Positions 25,821 through 35,611 of a stretch of DNA of 38,586 bases are shown here, piece by piece. The notes below the pieces were generated by a model. The model searched no databases and had not been told where the DNA came from. It saw nothing but the letters and a program-made list of their open reading frames with translations. How positions within the stretch are numbered: position 1 is the stretch's first letter; every line of letters starts with the position of its first letter. The translations under genes and the position numbers were made by a program. The stretch comes from an uncultured Nitrospirota bacterium (GTDB taxonomy: Bacteria > Nitrospirota > Nitrospiria > SBBL01 > CAZOFZ01), in the NCBI GenBank assembly GCA_964579175.1, contig CAZOFZ010000003.1, forward strand, positions 1 to 38,586, given 5' to 3'.

Positions 25821-26055
25821 CCATTTTTTTTCTTTTAAAAATAAAAGATATTGAGATCGGTAGAACAGTCTATAGATTGCTTTATTTTAGACGGTTCAGT
25901 ATAATTTTCGAAACTTTAATAGGGTGTTTAAAAATATTCACAGAGTCTGTTTATAACTTAAAAATAACTCCTATTTTTTAATATAACAACTTTAAATATA
26001 TATATTTATTTTTAAGTAAACACTGTTAATAAAACTCTTTAAAACTAAAAATAAA

Positions 26056-27384
26056 ATGAACAGAGAGATTATTTGGAATAATATCCTTGAACGCTTAGAG
26101 CCACAAGTCGGTGCGGATGGGTTGGATATGTGGCTAAAACCGAGTAAGTTAGTTGAGATTAAAGGAAACGACATTTATCTCGCTGTTCCAAATCACTTTT
26201 TTAGGGAGTGGATCAACGACCATTATTGCGAATTTATCCAGACTGCATTTGAAAAAGAGTTGTCCATCCCCGCCCCAACCATCCGGTTCTGTATTCAAAA
26301 AGAGGTTGTTCAGGAAGAAAAAAGAGTTGTGAATATTGTGACCGCCCACGAGAAGAAAAAAAATAATATTGATGGACGGTATACGTTTGAAAGTTTTGTG
26401 GTTGGAGCAAGCAATCAGTTTGCACATGCCGCCTCCAGAAAAGTCGCCGAACAGCCCGGGACATCTTATAACCCTCTTTTTATTTATTCAGGAGTTGGGC
26501 TTGGAAAGACACATCTCCTGGGTTCAATCGGAAATTATATTCTCTCTAACTTTAAAACAGCCCGTGTTTCATATCTTTCCGCAGAACATTTTACAAATGA
26601 TGTAATCAATTCGATTCGGTATGACCGGATGGTGGATATTCGCGCCAGATACCGAAGCGTGGATGTGCTACTCATTGACGATATTCAGTTTTTATCCGGT
26701 AAAGAGCGGACGCAAGAGGAGTTTTTCCATACCTTTAACACGTTATATGAGGCCAATAAGCAGGTTGTTATTACCAGCGACCGCTCCACAAAAGAGATTG
26801 CCGATATTGAGGATCGTCTTAGGTCCCGGTTTGAGATGGGGTTGATCGCAGATATTCAGCCCCCCGATTTGGAGACCCGGATTGCCATTTTATATAGAAA
26901 AGCGGAGGCCGAAGGGATTTCACTCTCATCAGAAGTGGCACTCTTTATTGCAACGTATATCAGTACCAATATTAGAGAATTAGAGGGGTCTTTAATTCGG
27001 TTAGGTGCATTTAGTTCGCTTGTTGGGCAGGAAGTGACCGTGGAGATGGCAAAACGTGTCCTGCAAGACGTGATTCGGAATACGGAGCGAAAGGTAACGA
27101 TAGATGACATTCAAAGTAAAGTTGCGGAACGGTTCCAAGTCCGGATTACGGACATTAAGTCCAAAAAAAGGACACGCAATCTGGTTCAGCCACGACATAT
27201 CGGAATGTATATCGCACGGGAAATTACACAACTTTCTTTTCCGGAAATTGGGTCTCTCTTTGGTGGAAAAGACCATAGTACCGTGATCCATGCGTGTAAA
27301 CAGATTGAAAAAGAAAAAGAGCAGAATCTCACGCTCAAGACAACGATCGAAAGTCTCATCTTGGAATTGAAGGAGAACCGATGA
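26056..27384 (+). CDS. dnaA: chromosomal replication initiator protein DnaA
   Basis: 442 aa. AAA+ Walker A GVGLGKTHLL, LLIDDIQFL, and C-terminal DNA-binding signature FGGKDHSTVIHA. Confidence 0.97.
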   Translation: MNREIIWNNILERLEPQVGADGLDMWLKPSKLVEIKGNDIYLAVPNHFFREWINDHYCEFIQTAFEKELSIPAPTIRFCIQKEVVQEEKRVVNIVTAHEKKKNNIDGRYTFESFVVGASNQFAHAASRKVAEQPGTSYNPLFIYSGVGLGKTHLLGSIGNYILSNFKTARVSYLSAEHFTNDVINSIRYDRMVDIRARYRSVDVLLIDDIQFLSGKERTQEEFFHTFNTLYEANKQVVITSDRSTKEIADIEDRLRSRFEMGLIADIQPPDLETRIAILYRKAEAEGISLSSEVALFIATYISTNIRELEGSLIRLGAFSSLVGQEVTVEMAKRVLQDVIRNTERKVTIDDIQSKVAERFQVRITDIKSKKRTRNLVQPRHIGMYIAREITQLSFPEIGSLFGGKDHSTVIHACKQIEKEKEQNLTLKTTIESLILELKENR

Positions 27385-28529
27385 ACGTAGCGGTTAAAAG
27401 AGCAGACATTCTGGCTGGAATACAAGGTATCCAGGGGGTTGTGGAGCGAAGAAATACGATGCCTGTTCTCTCCCATATTCTACTGGAAGCGATGGAATCG
27501 GGAGATAAAATGACCCTTTTTGCAACGGACCTGGAAATCAGCATACAAAATTGCTGTACTGCGGAGGTTCGGAGGGCAGGCCAGGTGACCGTTCAGGCGA
27601 AACGATTTTATGAAATTATCCGTGAAGTCTCCGGAGAGACGGTATGGATTGTGGCTGAAGAAAACCACTGGGTCGAGATAAAATGTGGAAAAAGTCGCTT
27701 TCGGATTGCCGGACTCCCTCCGGAGGAGTTTCCCGTGCAGCCTCCAATCCGCACGGAGATTACCGTTCCAATCGACACCCATCTTCTATCGTCCCTGATC
27801 CGAAAGACGATTTTTGCCTGTGGAGAACAGGATGTACGACATGTACTCAATGGCATTCTCATACGACTTAATAACAGTGGGGGCCGCTGCGAGATACGTC
27901 TGGTTGCGACGGATGCACACCGGCTGGCGATGGCGGAGGGAGTGTTGCCACAGACCACCTTCGAACAGGCTTCGAAACAAGTCATCATCCCCAGGAAAAC
28001 GGTCTTGGAAATAAAAAAAATGATGGAGGAATATTCTCCCCCCGAAAATATCCGGGATGAGGAACGACCCGAGTTACAAATCGGGGAGACTCAAATCCGT
28101 TTTCAATGTGGGAATACCGTTCTCACCTCTCGTTTATTGGAGGGTGCTTATCCACCCTATGAAAAAGTCATTCCGGACGGAAACACAGGTCAGATTACGG
28201 CCGTCAAGAGCGAGTTAGAGGGTGGATTGAGAAGAGTCTCTCTTTTTGCACGTGAAAAAACGGGGGCCATTAAATTTCAAATGGAGGGGGAACAGATTCG
28301 ATTGAGTTCCGATCATCCCGATGGCGAGGCCAATGAAGAGGTCATGGCCAGATGTTCGGGAGAGGGTTTTATAACGGGATTCAATGCCCACTACCTGATG
28401 GATGCTTTAGGCGCACTTGAAGGAAAAGAGGCGATATTGGAATTCAAGGATGGGGCTTCCCCTTTTCTCGTCCGGGAAAAAGAACACGGTTTTCTAACGG
28501 TCGTGATGCCGATGCGAAGCCTGGATTAA
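27381..28529 (+). CDS. dnaN: DNA polymerase III beta sliding clamp
   Basis: ATGA overlap with dnaA. 382 aa. The N-terminus ...GIQGVVERRNTMPVLSHILLEA and C-terminus FLVRE...VVMPMR are typical of DnaN. Confidence 0.95.
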   Translation: MNVAVKRADILAGIQGIQGVVERRNTMPVLSHILLEAMESGDKMTLFATDLEISIQNCCTAEVRRAGQVTVQAKRFYEIIREVSGETVWIVAEENHWVEIKCGKSRFRIAGLPPEEFPVQPPIRTEITVPIDTHLLSSLIRKTIFACGEQDVRHVLNGILIRLNNSGGRCEIRLVATDAHRLAMAEGVLPQTTFEQASKQVIIPRKTVLEIKKMMEEYSPPENIRDEERPELQIGETQIRFQCGNTVLTSRLLEGAYPPYEKVIPDGNTGQITAVKSELEGGLRRVSLFAREKTGAIKFQMEGEQIRLSSDHPDGEANEEVMARCSGEGFITGFNAHYLMDALGALEGKEAILEFKDGASPFLVREKEHGFLTVVMPMRSLD

Positions 28530-28535
28530 CTTGTC

Positions 28536-28558
28536 GGGCACCTCTTGTGGATGTGCCC
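28536..28558 (+). terminator. weak hairpin after dnaN
   Basis: GGGCAC-ctcttgtggat-GTGCCC forms a 6-bp stem with no U-tract. The loop contains the DnaA-box-like TGTGGATGT. Confidence 0.25.
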
Positions 28559-28602
28559 TTATCTATCCCCCATTCGTCAAGGAGGGGTCAGGGGTGGTTT
28601 GA

Positions 28603-31002
<2,400 letters not shown>

Positions 31003-31034
31003 CAGGCATCTGCGCACGACCCGGCTCCCCCTCC

Positions 31035-31412
31035 CTACGCTTCTTCCCCCTCAACGGCACCGCTGTCAACGGCTTCCTGAACCCGACGGACTGCATCGAG
31101 TATGCCGACGAAGCGGCGGCCGAACGACGTCAGGTGGTACTCCACAACGATCGGCGGCCTCTCGCCAAAGACCGTCCGCTGCATGATACCGAAGCGGACC
31201 ATTTTGCCCAAGCGCTCGTTCATCACCTTCGCCGACAACCCGGGACAAGCCCGAAGATAGGCACTGGGGCGGCGTTGACCTTCGGCGCAAAGCTGGAGAA
31301 GGCGCACCGACCATTTGCACCCGACGATGTTCTCGACCATCGAGGCCACATCGACCGACGTGCCATTCAAGGTTTCGTTTCGCACACGAACCGCAGTCTT
31401 ATTCTCAATCAC
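31035..31412 (-). CDS. HxlR-family winged-helix transcriptional regulator
   Basis: GCKWSVRLLQLCAEGQRRPSAYLRACPGLSAKVMNERLGKMVRFGIMQR...VEYHLTSFG. GTG start at 31412. An internal ATG (MVENIVG) is an alternative start. Confidence 0.8.
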   Translation of the reverse strand: MIENKTAVRVRNETLNGTSVDVASMVENIVGCKWSVRLLQLCAEGQRRPSAYLRACPGLSAKVMNERLGKMVRFGIMQRTVFGERPPIVVEYHLTSFGRRFVGILDAVRRVQEAVDSGAVEGEEA

Positions 31413-31442
31413 TTTGTAACGACCTTACCGAAAAGTACATTC

Positions 31443-31480
31443 TTGTCGTCGCCTGATCGCCGTCCTATATTGGCGACGAC
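31443..31480 (+). promoter_or_regulatory. candidate sigma-70 promoter of the protoglobin gene bracketed by a 9-bp inverted repeat (possible HxlR operator)
   Basis: TTGTCG (31443-31448), a 17-nt spacer, then TATATT (31466-31471). The inverted repeat GTCGTCGCC (31445-31453) / GGCGACGAC (31472-31480) flanks the -10 element. Confidence 0.35.
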
Positions 31481-31522
31481 GCGGGGGTCGCGTCACCCAA
31501 AACCCTAAACAAGGAGATAGAA

Positions 31523-32119
31523 ATGAGTGATTCAACGAGCATTCCAGGATACACCTACGGCACCCACGCCGTGGCACGCAGCCCCATCACGCTTGCAGCG
31601 TTCGATCTGATGAAAAAGAGTGTCCTGTTTGGCGAGGAGGATGTCAACGCCTTGCGCCTCTCGCATGGCGTGGTGAAGGAACAGGTCGAGGCGATCCTGG
31701 ATGTCTGGTACGGATTCGTCGGTTCAAATCCACATTTGCTGGCATCGTTCACCGGCAAAAGCGACGGCCAGCCGCTCGGTGACTACCTGGGCGCCGTCCG
31801 CAAGCGGTTCGGCCAATGGATCCTCGACACGGCCCGGGCCGAGTACGACCAGAAGTGGCTTGACTATCAGCACGAGATCGGCCTCCGTCACCACCGCACA
31901 AAGAAAAACCGCACCGACGGCGCAGCCTCGACGGATCACGTGCCGTTTCGGAACCTCTTCGCACTCATCTTCCCGATCACGTTCACGCTGAAACCCTTCC
32001 TCGCGAAGCAGGGACATTCCGCCGACGAGGTTGAGAAGATGTACGCCGCGTGGGTCAAGTCGTGCCTCCTGCAGGTGACCTTGTGGAGCCACCCCTACGT
32101 GAAAGACGGAGACTTCTGA
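31523..32119 (+). CDS. protoglobin (single-domain globin of the globin-coupled-sensor lineage)
   Basis: 198 aa. It is collinear with, and by recall about 60% identical to, Methanosarcina acetivorans protoglobin. Shared blocks are IPGYTYG, ILDxWYGFVGSxPHLL, AVRKRFxxWILDT, WLDYQxEIGLRHHRTKKN, KPFLAxxGHxxxEVEKMY and PYVKxGDF. An AAGGAG RBS is present. Confidence 0.9.
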   Translation: MSDSTSIPGYTYGTHAVARSPITLAAFDLMKKSVLFGEEDVNALRLSHGVVKEQVEAILDVWYGFVGSNPHLLASFTGKSDGQPLGDYLGAVRKRFGQWILDTARAEYDQKWLDYQHEIGLRHHRTKKNRTDGAASTDHVPFRNLFALIFPITFTLKPFLAKQGHSADEVEKMYAAWVKSCLLQVTLWSHPYVKDGDF

Positions 32120-32148
32120 CGAGGGGCGATCCACGCTCGGGCAAAGCA

Positions 32149-32529
32149 TTACAGTGGGCGGCCCGAACGTTGATCGTAGATTTGCTGCGCTAATGTGACC
32201 GTGCCGATATGTTGTTCCGCCCAGCGCCTGATGGCGGCAATCGGTTCGGACAGGGTATGGCCTAACGCAGTCAGATCGTATTCAACGTGGGGTGGCACTT
32301 CAGGGTACACCGTGCGACGGATGAGACCGTCACGTTCCAACGCGCGTAAGGTTTGCGTCAACATCTTCTGTGAAATGCCATCAATTTCACGCTGTAGGCC
32401 CGAAAAGCGCCGAGGGCCCCCTTCCAGCAATCCGAGGATCAAGACGGTCCATTTGTCCGCGATTCGATCTAAAGCGGCACGTGTAGGACAAGCCCTGCTA
32501 TAAACGTTAAAAACCACATCAGTTTCCAT
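32149..32529 (-). CDS. HxlR-family winged-helix transcriptional regulator
   Basis: CPTRAALDRIADKWTVLILGLLEGGPRRFSGLQREIDGISQKMLTQTLRALERDGLIRRTVYPEVPPHVEYDLTALG. Confidence 0.88.
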   Translation of the reverse strand: METDVVFNVYSRACPTRAALDRIADKWTVLILGLLEGGPRRFSGLQREIDGISQKMLTQTLRALERDGLIRRTVYPEVPPHVEYDLTALGHTLSEPIAAIRRWAEQHIGTVTLAQQIYDQRSGRPL

Positions 32530-32541
32530 CTAGTATGTATA

Positions 32542-32555
32542 GCACTTTAAAGTGC
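32542..32555. promoter_or_regulatory. perfect 14-bp palindrome in the hxlR / SnoaL divergent promoter region (candidate operator)
   Basis: GCACTTTAAAGTGC lies 13 nt upstream of the hxlR ATG (32529) and 80 nt upstream of the SnoaL-gene ATG. Confidence 0.4.
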
Positions 32556-32634
32556 GTACTTTCAATAAACAAGTAAAGGCGCTATAAGGTATGCGTCCGA
32601 GAAATCATTGGATACAGGAGAAAAAGGAGAAAAA

Positions 32635-33414
32635 ATGTTGAATAAAAACAACAAGCAAAAAGTGGTTGCGTTGCTAAAAAGTATCGAAACGGGTGACAGT
32701 CAACCCGTCGGTTACATCAACCCGAACAGGTATATCCAACACAATTTGGCCGTCGCCGACGGCTTGCAGGGGCTTGGCGACCTACTGCGGCAACTTCCCA
32801 AAGACTCAGCCAAAGTCAAAACAGTCCGTGTATTTCAGGATGGCGATTACGTTTTCGCCCATACAGACTACAACTTGTTTGGTCCGAAAGTGGGTTTTGA
32901 CATTTTCCGTTTTGAGGATGGCAAAATTGTCGAACATTGGGACAATCTCCAAGAGACCGCGCCAGCCAACTCCAGTGGTCATACGATGACGGATGGACCG
33001 ACTGAAAGCACGGATTCCGAGAAGACTGAATACAACAAGACACGCGTTCGTGATTTTGTCGAAGACATTTTGGTCAACGGCAAAATGGAGAAGCTCGCGG
33101 GCTATTTCACCGGGGACGTTTACACGCAACACAACCCACAAATTGGCGACGGACTTTCCGGATTAGGCACTGCCCTCGAAGCGATGGCCAAACAGGGCAT
33201 CGCCATGACGTATGCCAGGATTCACAAGGTACTTGGCGAGGGCAATTTCGTTCTGGTTGTGAGTGAGGGTGCCTTTGCGGGCCAACCGACTGCATTCTAT
33301 GACTTGTTCAGGGTGGAGAGCGGCAAAATCGTGGAGCACTGGGACATCATTGAGACAATCCCCCCGAAGCAGGCGTGGAAGAATAGCAATGGCAAATTCT
33401 GGCACCCAGAGTGA
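32635..33414 (+). CDS. tandem SnoaL-like (NTF2-fold) domain protein
   Basis: The ATG at 32635 follows AAGGAG. It has two ~125-aa halves with the same pattern, each ending in GKIVEHWD (FRFEDGKIVEHWDNLQET and FRVESGKIVEHWDIIETI). Confidence 0.75.
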   Translation: MLNKNNKQKVVALLKSIETGDSQPVGYINPNRYIQHNLAVADGLQGLGDLLRQLPKDSAKVKTVRVFQDGDYVFAHTDYNLFGPKVGFDIFRFEDGKIVEHWDNLQETAPANSSGHTMTDGPTESTDSEKTEYNKTRVRDFVEDILVNGKMEKLAGYFTGDVYTQHNPQIGDGLSGLGTALEAMAKQGIAMTYARIHKVLGEGNFVLVVSEGAFAGQPTAFYDLFRVESGKIVEHWDIIETIPPKQAWKNSNGKFWHPE

Positions 33415-33469
33415 ATATAGGTGAATACAAGGCAGATAAAAATCGCCTGGAGACCGTGCGTCAATCGCC

Positions 33470-33670
33470 CGGAGTCGGCGTCCGACCGCAGCCGTCGCGT
33501 GCTTTGCAGGCGTCGCACGCCAACGGATTGCGCAGAGAGTCTTCCGGGTGACGTGGTAGCGCGCAGCCAACACCCTTAACGATTCTCTTTGAGTCTTTGA
33601 TCTCCGTGTGCGTGAGCGTGGCGCGGCCACTGCGAGGTGTCGTGCGGGCCTGCGAATGCACTTTACGCAT
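33470..33670 (-). pseudogene. remnant of an IS481-like transposase N-terminus (HTH/leucine-zipper region), frameshifted and truncated
   Basis: The minus strand reads MRKVHSQARTTPRSGRATL.... After a frame change it reads ESLRVLAARYHVTRKTLCAIRWRA. This matches the IS481-type N-terminal pattern HKNARTTPRSRA...S.R.LA..YGV...TV.KW..R. No DDE catalytic domain follows. Confidence 0.45.
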
Positions 33671-33822
33671 CGCGTCTCCTCTGAGTTGAATGCCTCGAGC
33701 AGGACGGGTATCCTGTCCCTTGCCAGGAACAATGGCCAACGACGAATGGGAATACTACCCTGGGATGTGACAACGAGACACTCGCTGTGCCCCGCATCTT
33801 CCAACACAATTAGGAGAATTCG

Positions 33823-34137
33823 ATGCCATCGTACAAGTATCACCTTTTTGTTTGCACGAACAAACGCCCGCCAGACGATCCACGGGGGTGCTGCGCTGCG
33901 AAGGGATCGGAGGAAATCCGAGATTATTTAAAAGAAGAAACCCACAAGCGGGGCCTAAAAGGGACCGTTCGGGTCAATGCGGCCGGGTGCCTGGATGCCT
34001 GTGCCCAGGGGCCTTCCGTGGTCGTCTATCCGCAGGGCGTCTGGTATACCCTGAAAACCAAAGACGATGCCCTGGAGGTGATCGAACAGCATCTTCTGCA
34101 AGGCGAGGTCGTGGAACATCTGCGCATGCCCCGATAG
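33823..34137 (+). CDS. thioredoxin-like [2Fe-2S] ferredoxin
   Basis: YHLFVCTNKRPPDDPRGCCAAKGS...AAGCLDACAQGPSVVVYPQGVWY carries the four-Cys pattern of this family. A TAGGAG RBS is present. Confidence 0.85.
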   Translation: MPSYKYHLFVCTNKRPPDDPRGCCAAKGSEEIRDYLKEETHKRGLKGTVRVNAAGCLDACAQGPSVVVYPQGVWYTLKTKDDALEVIEQHLLQGEVVEHLRMPR

Positions 34138-34162
34138 CATCCGTGCGTCCCGCCAGCGTGAA

Positions 34163-34178
34163 TGTTCCACGTGGAACA
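34163..34178. promoter_or_regulatory. parS: parS (ParB-binding centromere-like site)
   Basis: TGTTCCACGTGGAACA matches the B. subtilis consensus TGTTNCACGTGAAACA at 15 of 16 positions and is perfectly palindromic. It sits within a 22-bp perfect palindrome, GAATGTTCCACGTGGAACATTC (34160-34181), about 8 kb from the putative oriC. Confidence 0.8.
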
Positions 34179-34300
34179 TTCAAAATCCAGTTGACTCCCG
34201 CCGGGAAACCCGATACGCTCCGTGCGTGTGGAAGCGTGGCGTAGTCCGCTGCCTTGACAGCTAGGCTTCGTTTTTGTTCGTTGTCATAAGGGGGTCCACC

Positions 34301-34948
34301 ATGGAAATTTTAGGGAGGGCCTTCCCCTTCACGGTACCTTGTATTCGGCGTGATCTACTCATGCGGCATATCTGGCTGTTTTTATTCCTGATTGGGCTCA
34401 ACATACTTCCGTCTGCGCAAGCCAAGGAAGCCACTGAACTGCGCTCGCCGGTGCGGGGCGATCCCAATGCCGTTGTTACGATCGAAGAGTTCTCCGACTT
34501 CCAATGCCCGTTTTGCGGACGCGCCGTTGCAACTTTGAACAAACTGCTTGCGGCCCATCCCGGCAAGGTCAAGTTGATATTCCGGCATTTCCCCGTGGCG
34601 GAGTCGCACCCGAAGGCGATGCTGGCGCACGTCGCAACGGTGGCCGCCGCCCGGCAAGGCCGCTTCTGGGAGATGCACGACTTGGTGTTCGAAAACATGC
34701 GACGGGTTTCCTACTCGGACCTTCTGGGCTATGCGAACCGCCTGAAACTGGATATGAAGGCCTTTGAGGCCGACCTTCGAGACCCAAACCTGGAGGCCCT
34801 CGTTCGGAGCGATTTTGACGAAGGCCTCCGTCGGCAGGTCCGCGCAACCCCCACCTTTTTTATCAACGGGCGCAAGGTGGAAGGGGCCATTCCCTATGAC
34901 CTGTTCAACCGGGAAGTGGCGCGCGCCCTGAAAGAAGCCAAAAAGTAG
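34301..34948 (+). CDS. DsbA-family thiol:disulfide oxidoreductase (exported)
   Basis: Active site FSDFQCPFCGR. The ATG at 34301 is preceded by AAGGGGG at 6 nt. The leader MEILGRAFPFTVPCIRRDLLMRHIWLFLFLIGLNILPSAQA contains an RR pair, a weak Tat-like motif. ATG 34361 is an alternative start. Confidence 0.8.
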   Translation: MEILGRAFPFTVPCIRRDLLMRHIWLFLFLIGLNILPSAQAKEATELRSPVRGDPNAVVTIEEFSDFQCPFCGRAVATLNKLLAAHPGKVKLIFRHFPVAESHPKAMLAHVATVAAARQGRFWEMHDLVFENMRRVSYSDLLGYANRLKLDMKAFEADLRDPNLEALVRSDFDEGLRRQVRATPTFFINGRKVEGAIPYDLFNREVARALKEAKK

Positions 34949-34990
34949 CCCCCGTCTCTCCCGAAATCGCCTCCTGCATCATCCCCCTTC

Positions 34991-35611
34991 ATGGCCGGAT
35001 TCTTCATTACATTCGAGGGGATCGAAGGGAGCGGCAAAAGCACCCAGATTGCCCTCCTGGAAGCCTATCTCAAAGAGGCTGGGCACGCCGTGCTCCGCAC
35101 GCGCGAACCGGGCGGAACCGTACTGGGCGAGCGGATTCGATCGCTCCTGCTGGACGATCCGGCAATGCAGATGGATTCCCGTTCCGAGCTGCTGCTCTAC
35201 CTGGCCTGCCGGACCCAGCACGTCGCGGAGGTGATTGCGCCGGCCCTGTCGCAAGGGAAGATCGTCCTCTGCGATCGCTTTTCGGATGCCACGGTGGCCT
35301 ATCAAGGGGATGGACGGGGCCTGCCGATGGCGTGGGTACGGCGATGTATTCGCACGGCCCTGCAAGATTTTCAGCCCGATCTCACCTTTCTGCTCGATTT
35401 GGATGTCGCCGTCGCCCTGGCGCGACTTCCTCGGCGGGGAGAAATGAACCGATTCGATCAGGAAGCCGTTGGCTTCCACGAGGCGGTGCGGAAGGGCTAT
35501 TTGCGGTTGGCCCGACAAAATCGCTGTCGGATTCAGATCGTCCAGGCCGATGACGGAATCGAGGCCATTTTTCAGACCCTTCGAAAGAGCGTAGATGCCA
35601 TCCTTTCATGA
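34991..35611 (+). CDS. tmk: thymidylate kinase
   Basis: FITFEGIEGSGKSTQ P-loop, and a DRFSDATVAYQG region. Confidence 0.93.
   Translation: MAGFFITFEGIEGSGKSTQIALLEAYLKEAGHAVLRTREPGGTVLGERIRSLLLDDPAMQMDSRSELLLYLACRTQHVAEVIAPALSQGKIVLCDRFSDATVAYQGDGRGLPMAWVRRCIRTALQDFQPDLTFLLDLDVAVALARLPRRGEMNRFDQEAVGFHEAVRKGYLRLARQNRCRIQIVQADDGIEAIFQTLRKSVDAILS

Larger units (their letters stand above)
25600..26055. other. putative chromosomal replication origin (oriC) with AT-rich unwinding region
   Basis: A ~450-nt AT-rich non-coding tract lies immediately upstream of dnaA, for example AAATATATATATTTATTTTTAAG and TTTTTTTTCTTTTAAAAATAAAAG. It holds two 8/9 DnaA boxes and several 7/9 matches. A parS site lies 8 kb away. 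Confidence 0.6.

Noticed and set aside
31721-31731. tRNA T-loop-like GGTTCAAATCC
   Set aside because: It lies inside the protoglobin CDS, where it encodes GSNPH of the conserved WYGFVGSNPHLL block. No acceptor or anticodon arms can be drawn around it.
33618-33634. Exact 17-mer GTGGCGCGGCCACTGCG shared with 36704..36720
   Set aside because: The flanking similarity is patchy. My rough estimate is that an exact 17-mer repeat in 38.6 kb of GC-rich DNA is only borderline unlikely (order 0.1), so I cannot claim a repeat family without a genome-wide search.
33163-33843. 226-aa minus-strand ORF as a real gene
   Set aside because: It overlaps the SnoaL gene 3' end and the ferredoxin gene start. The only recognisable part is the IS481-like fossil, and the rest is low-complexity Arg/Ala-rich sequence.
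34301-34420. Twin-arginine (Tat) export of the DsbA-like protein
   Set aside because: IRRDLLM only loosely resembles S/T-R-R-x-F-L-K, and the start codon itself is uncertain. It is noted in the feature evidence and not claimed.
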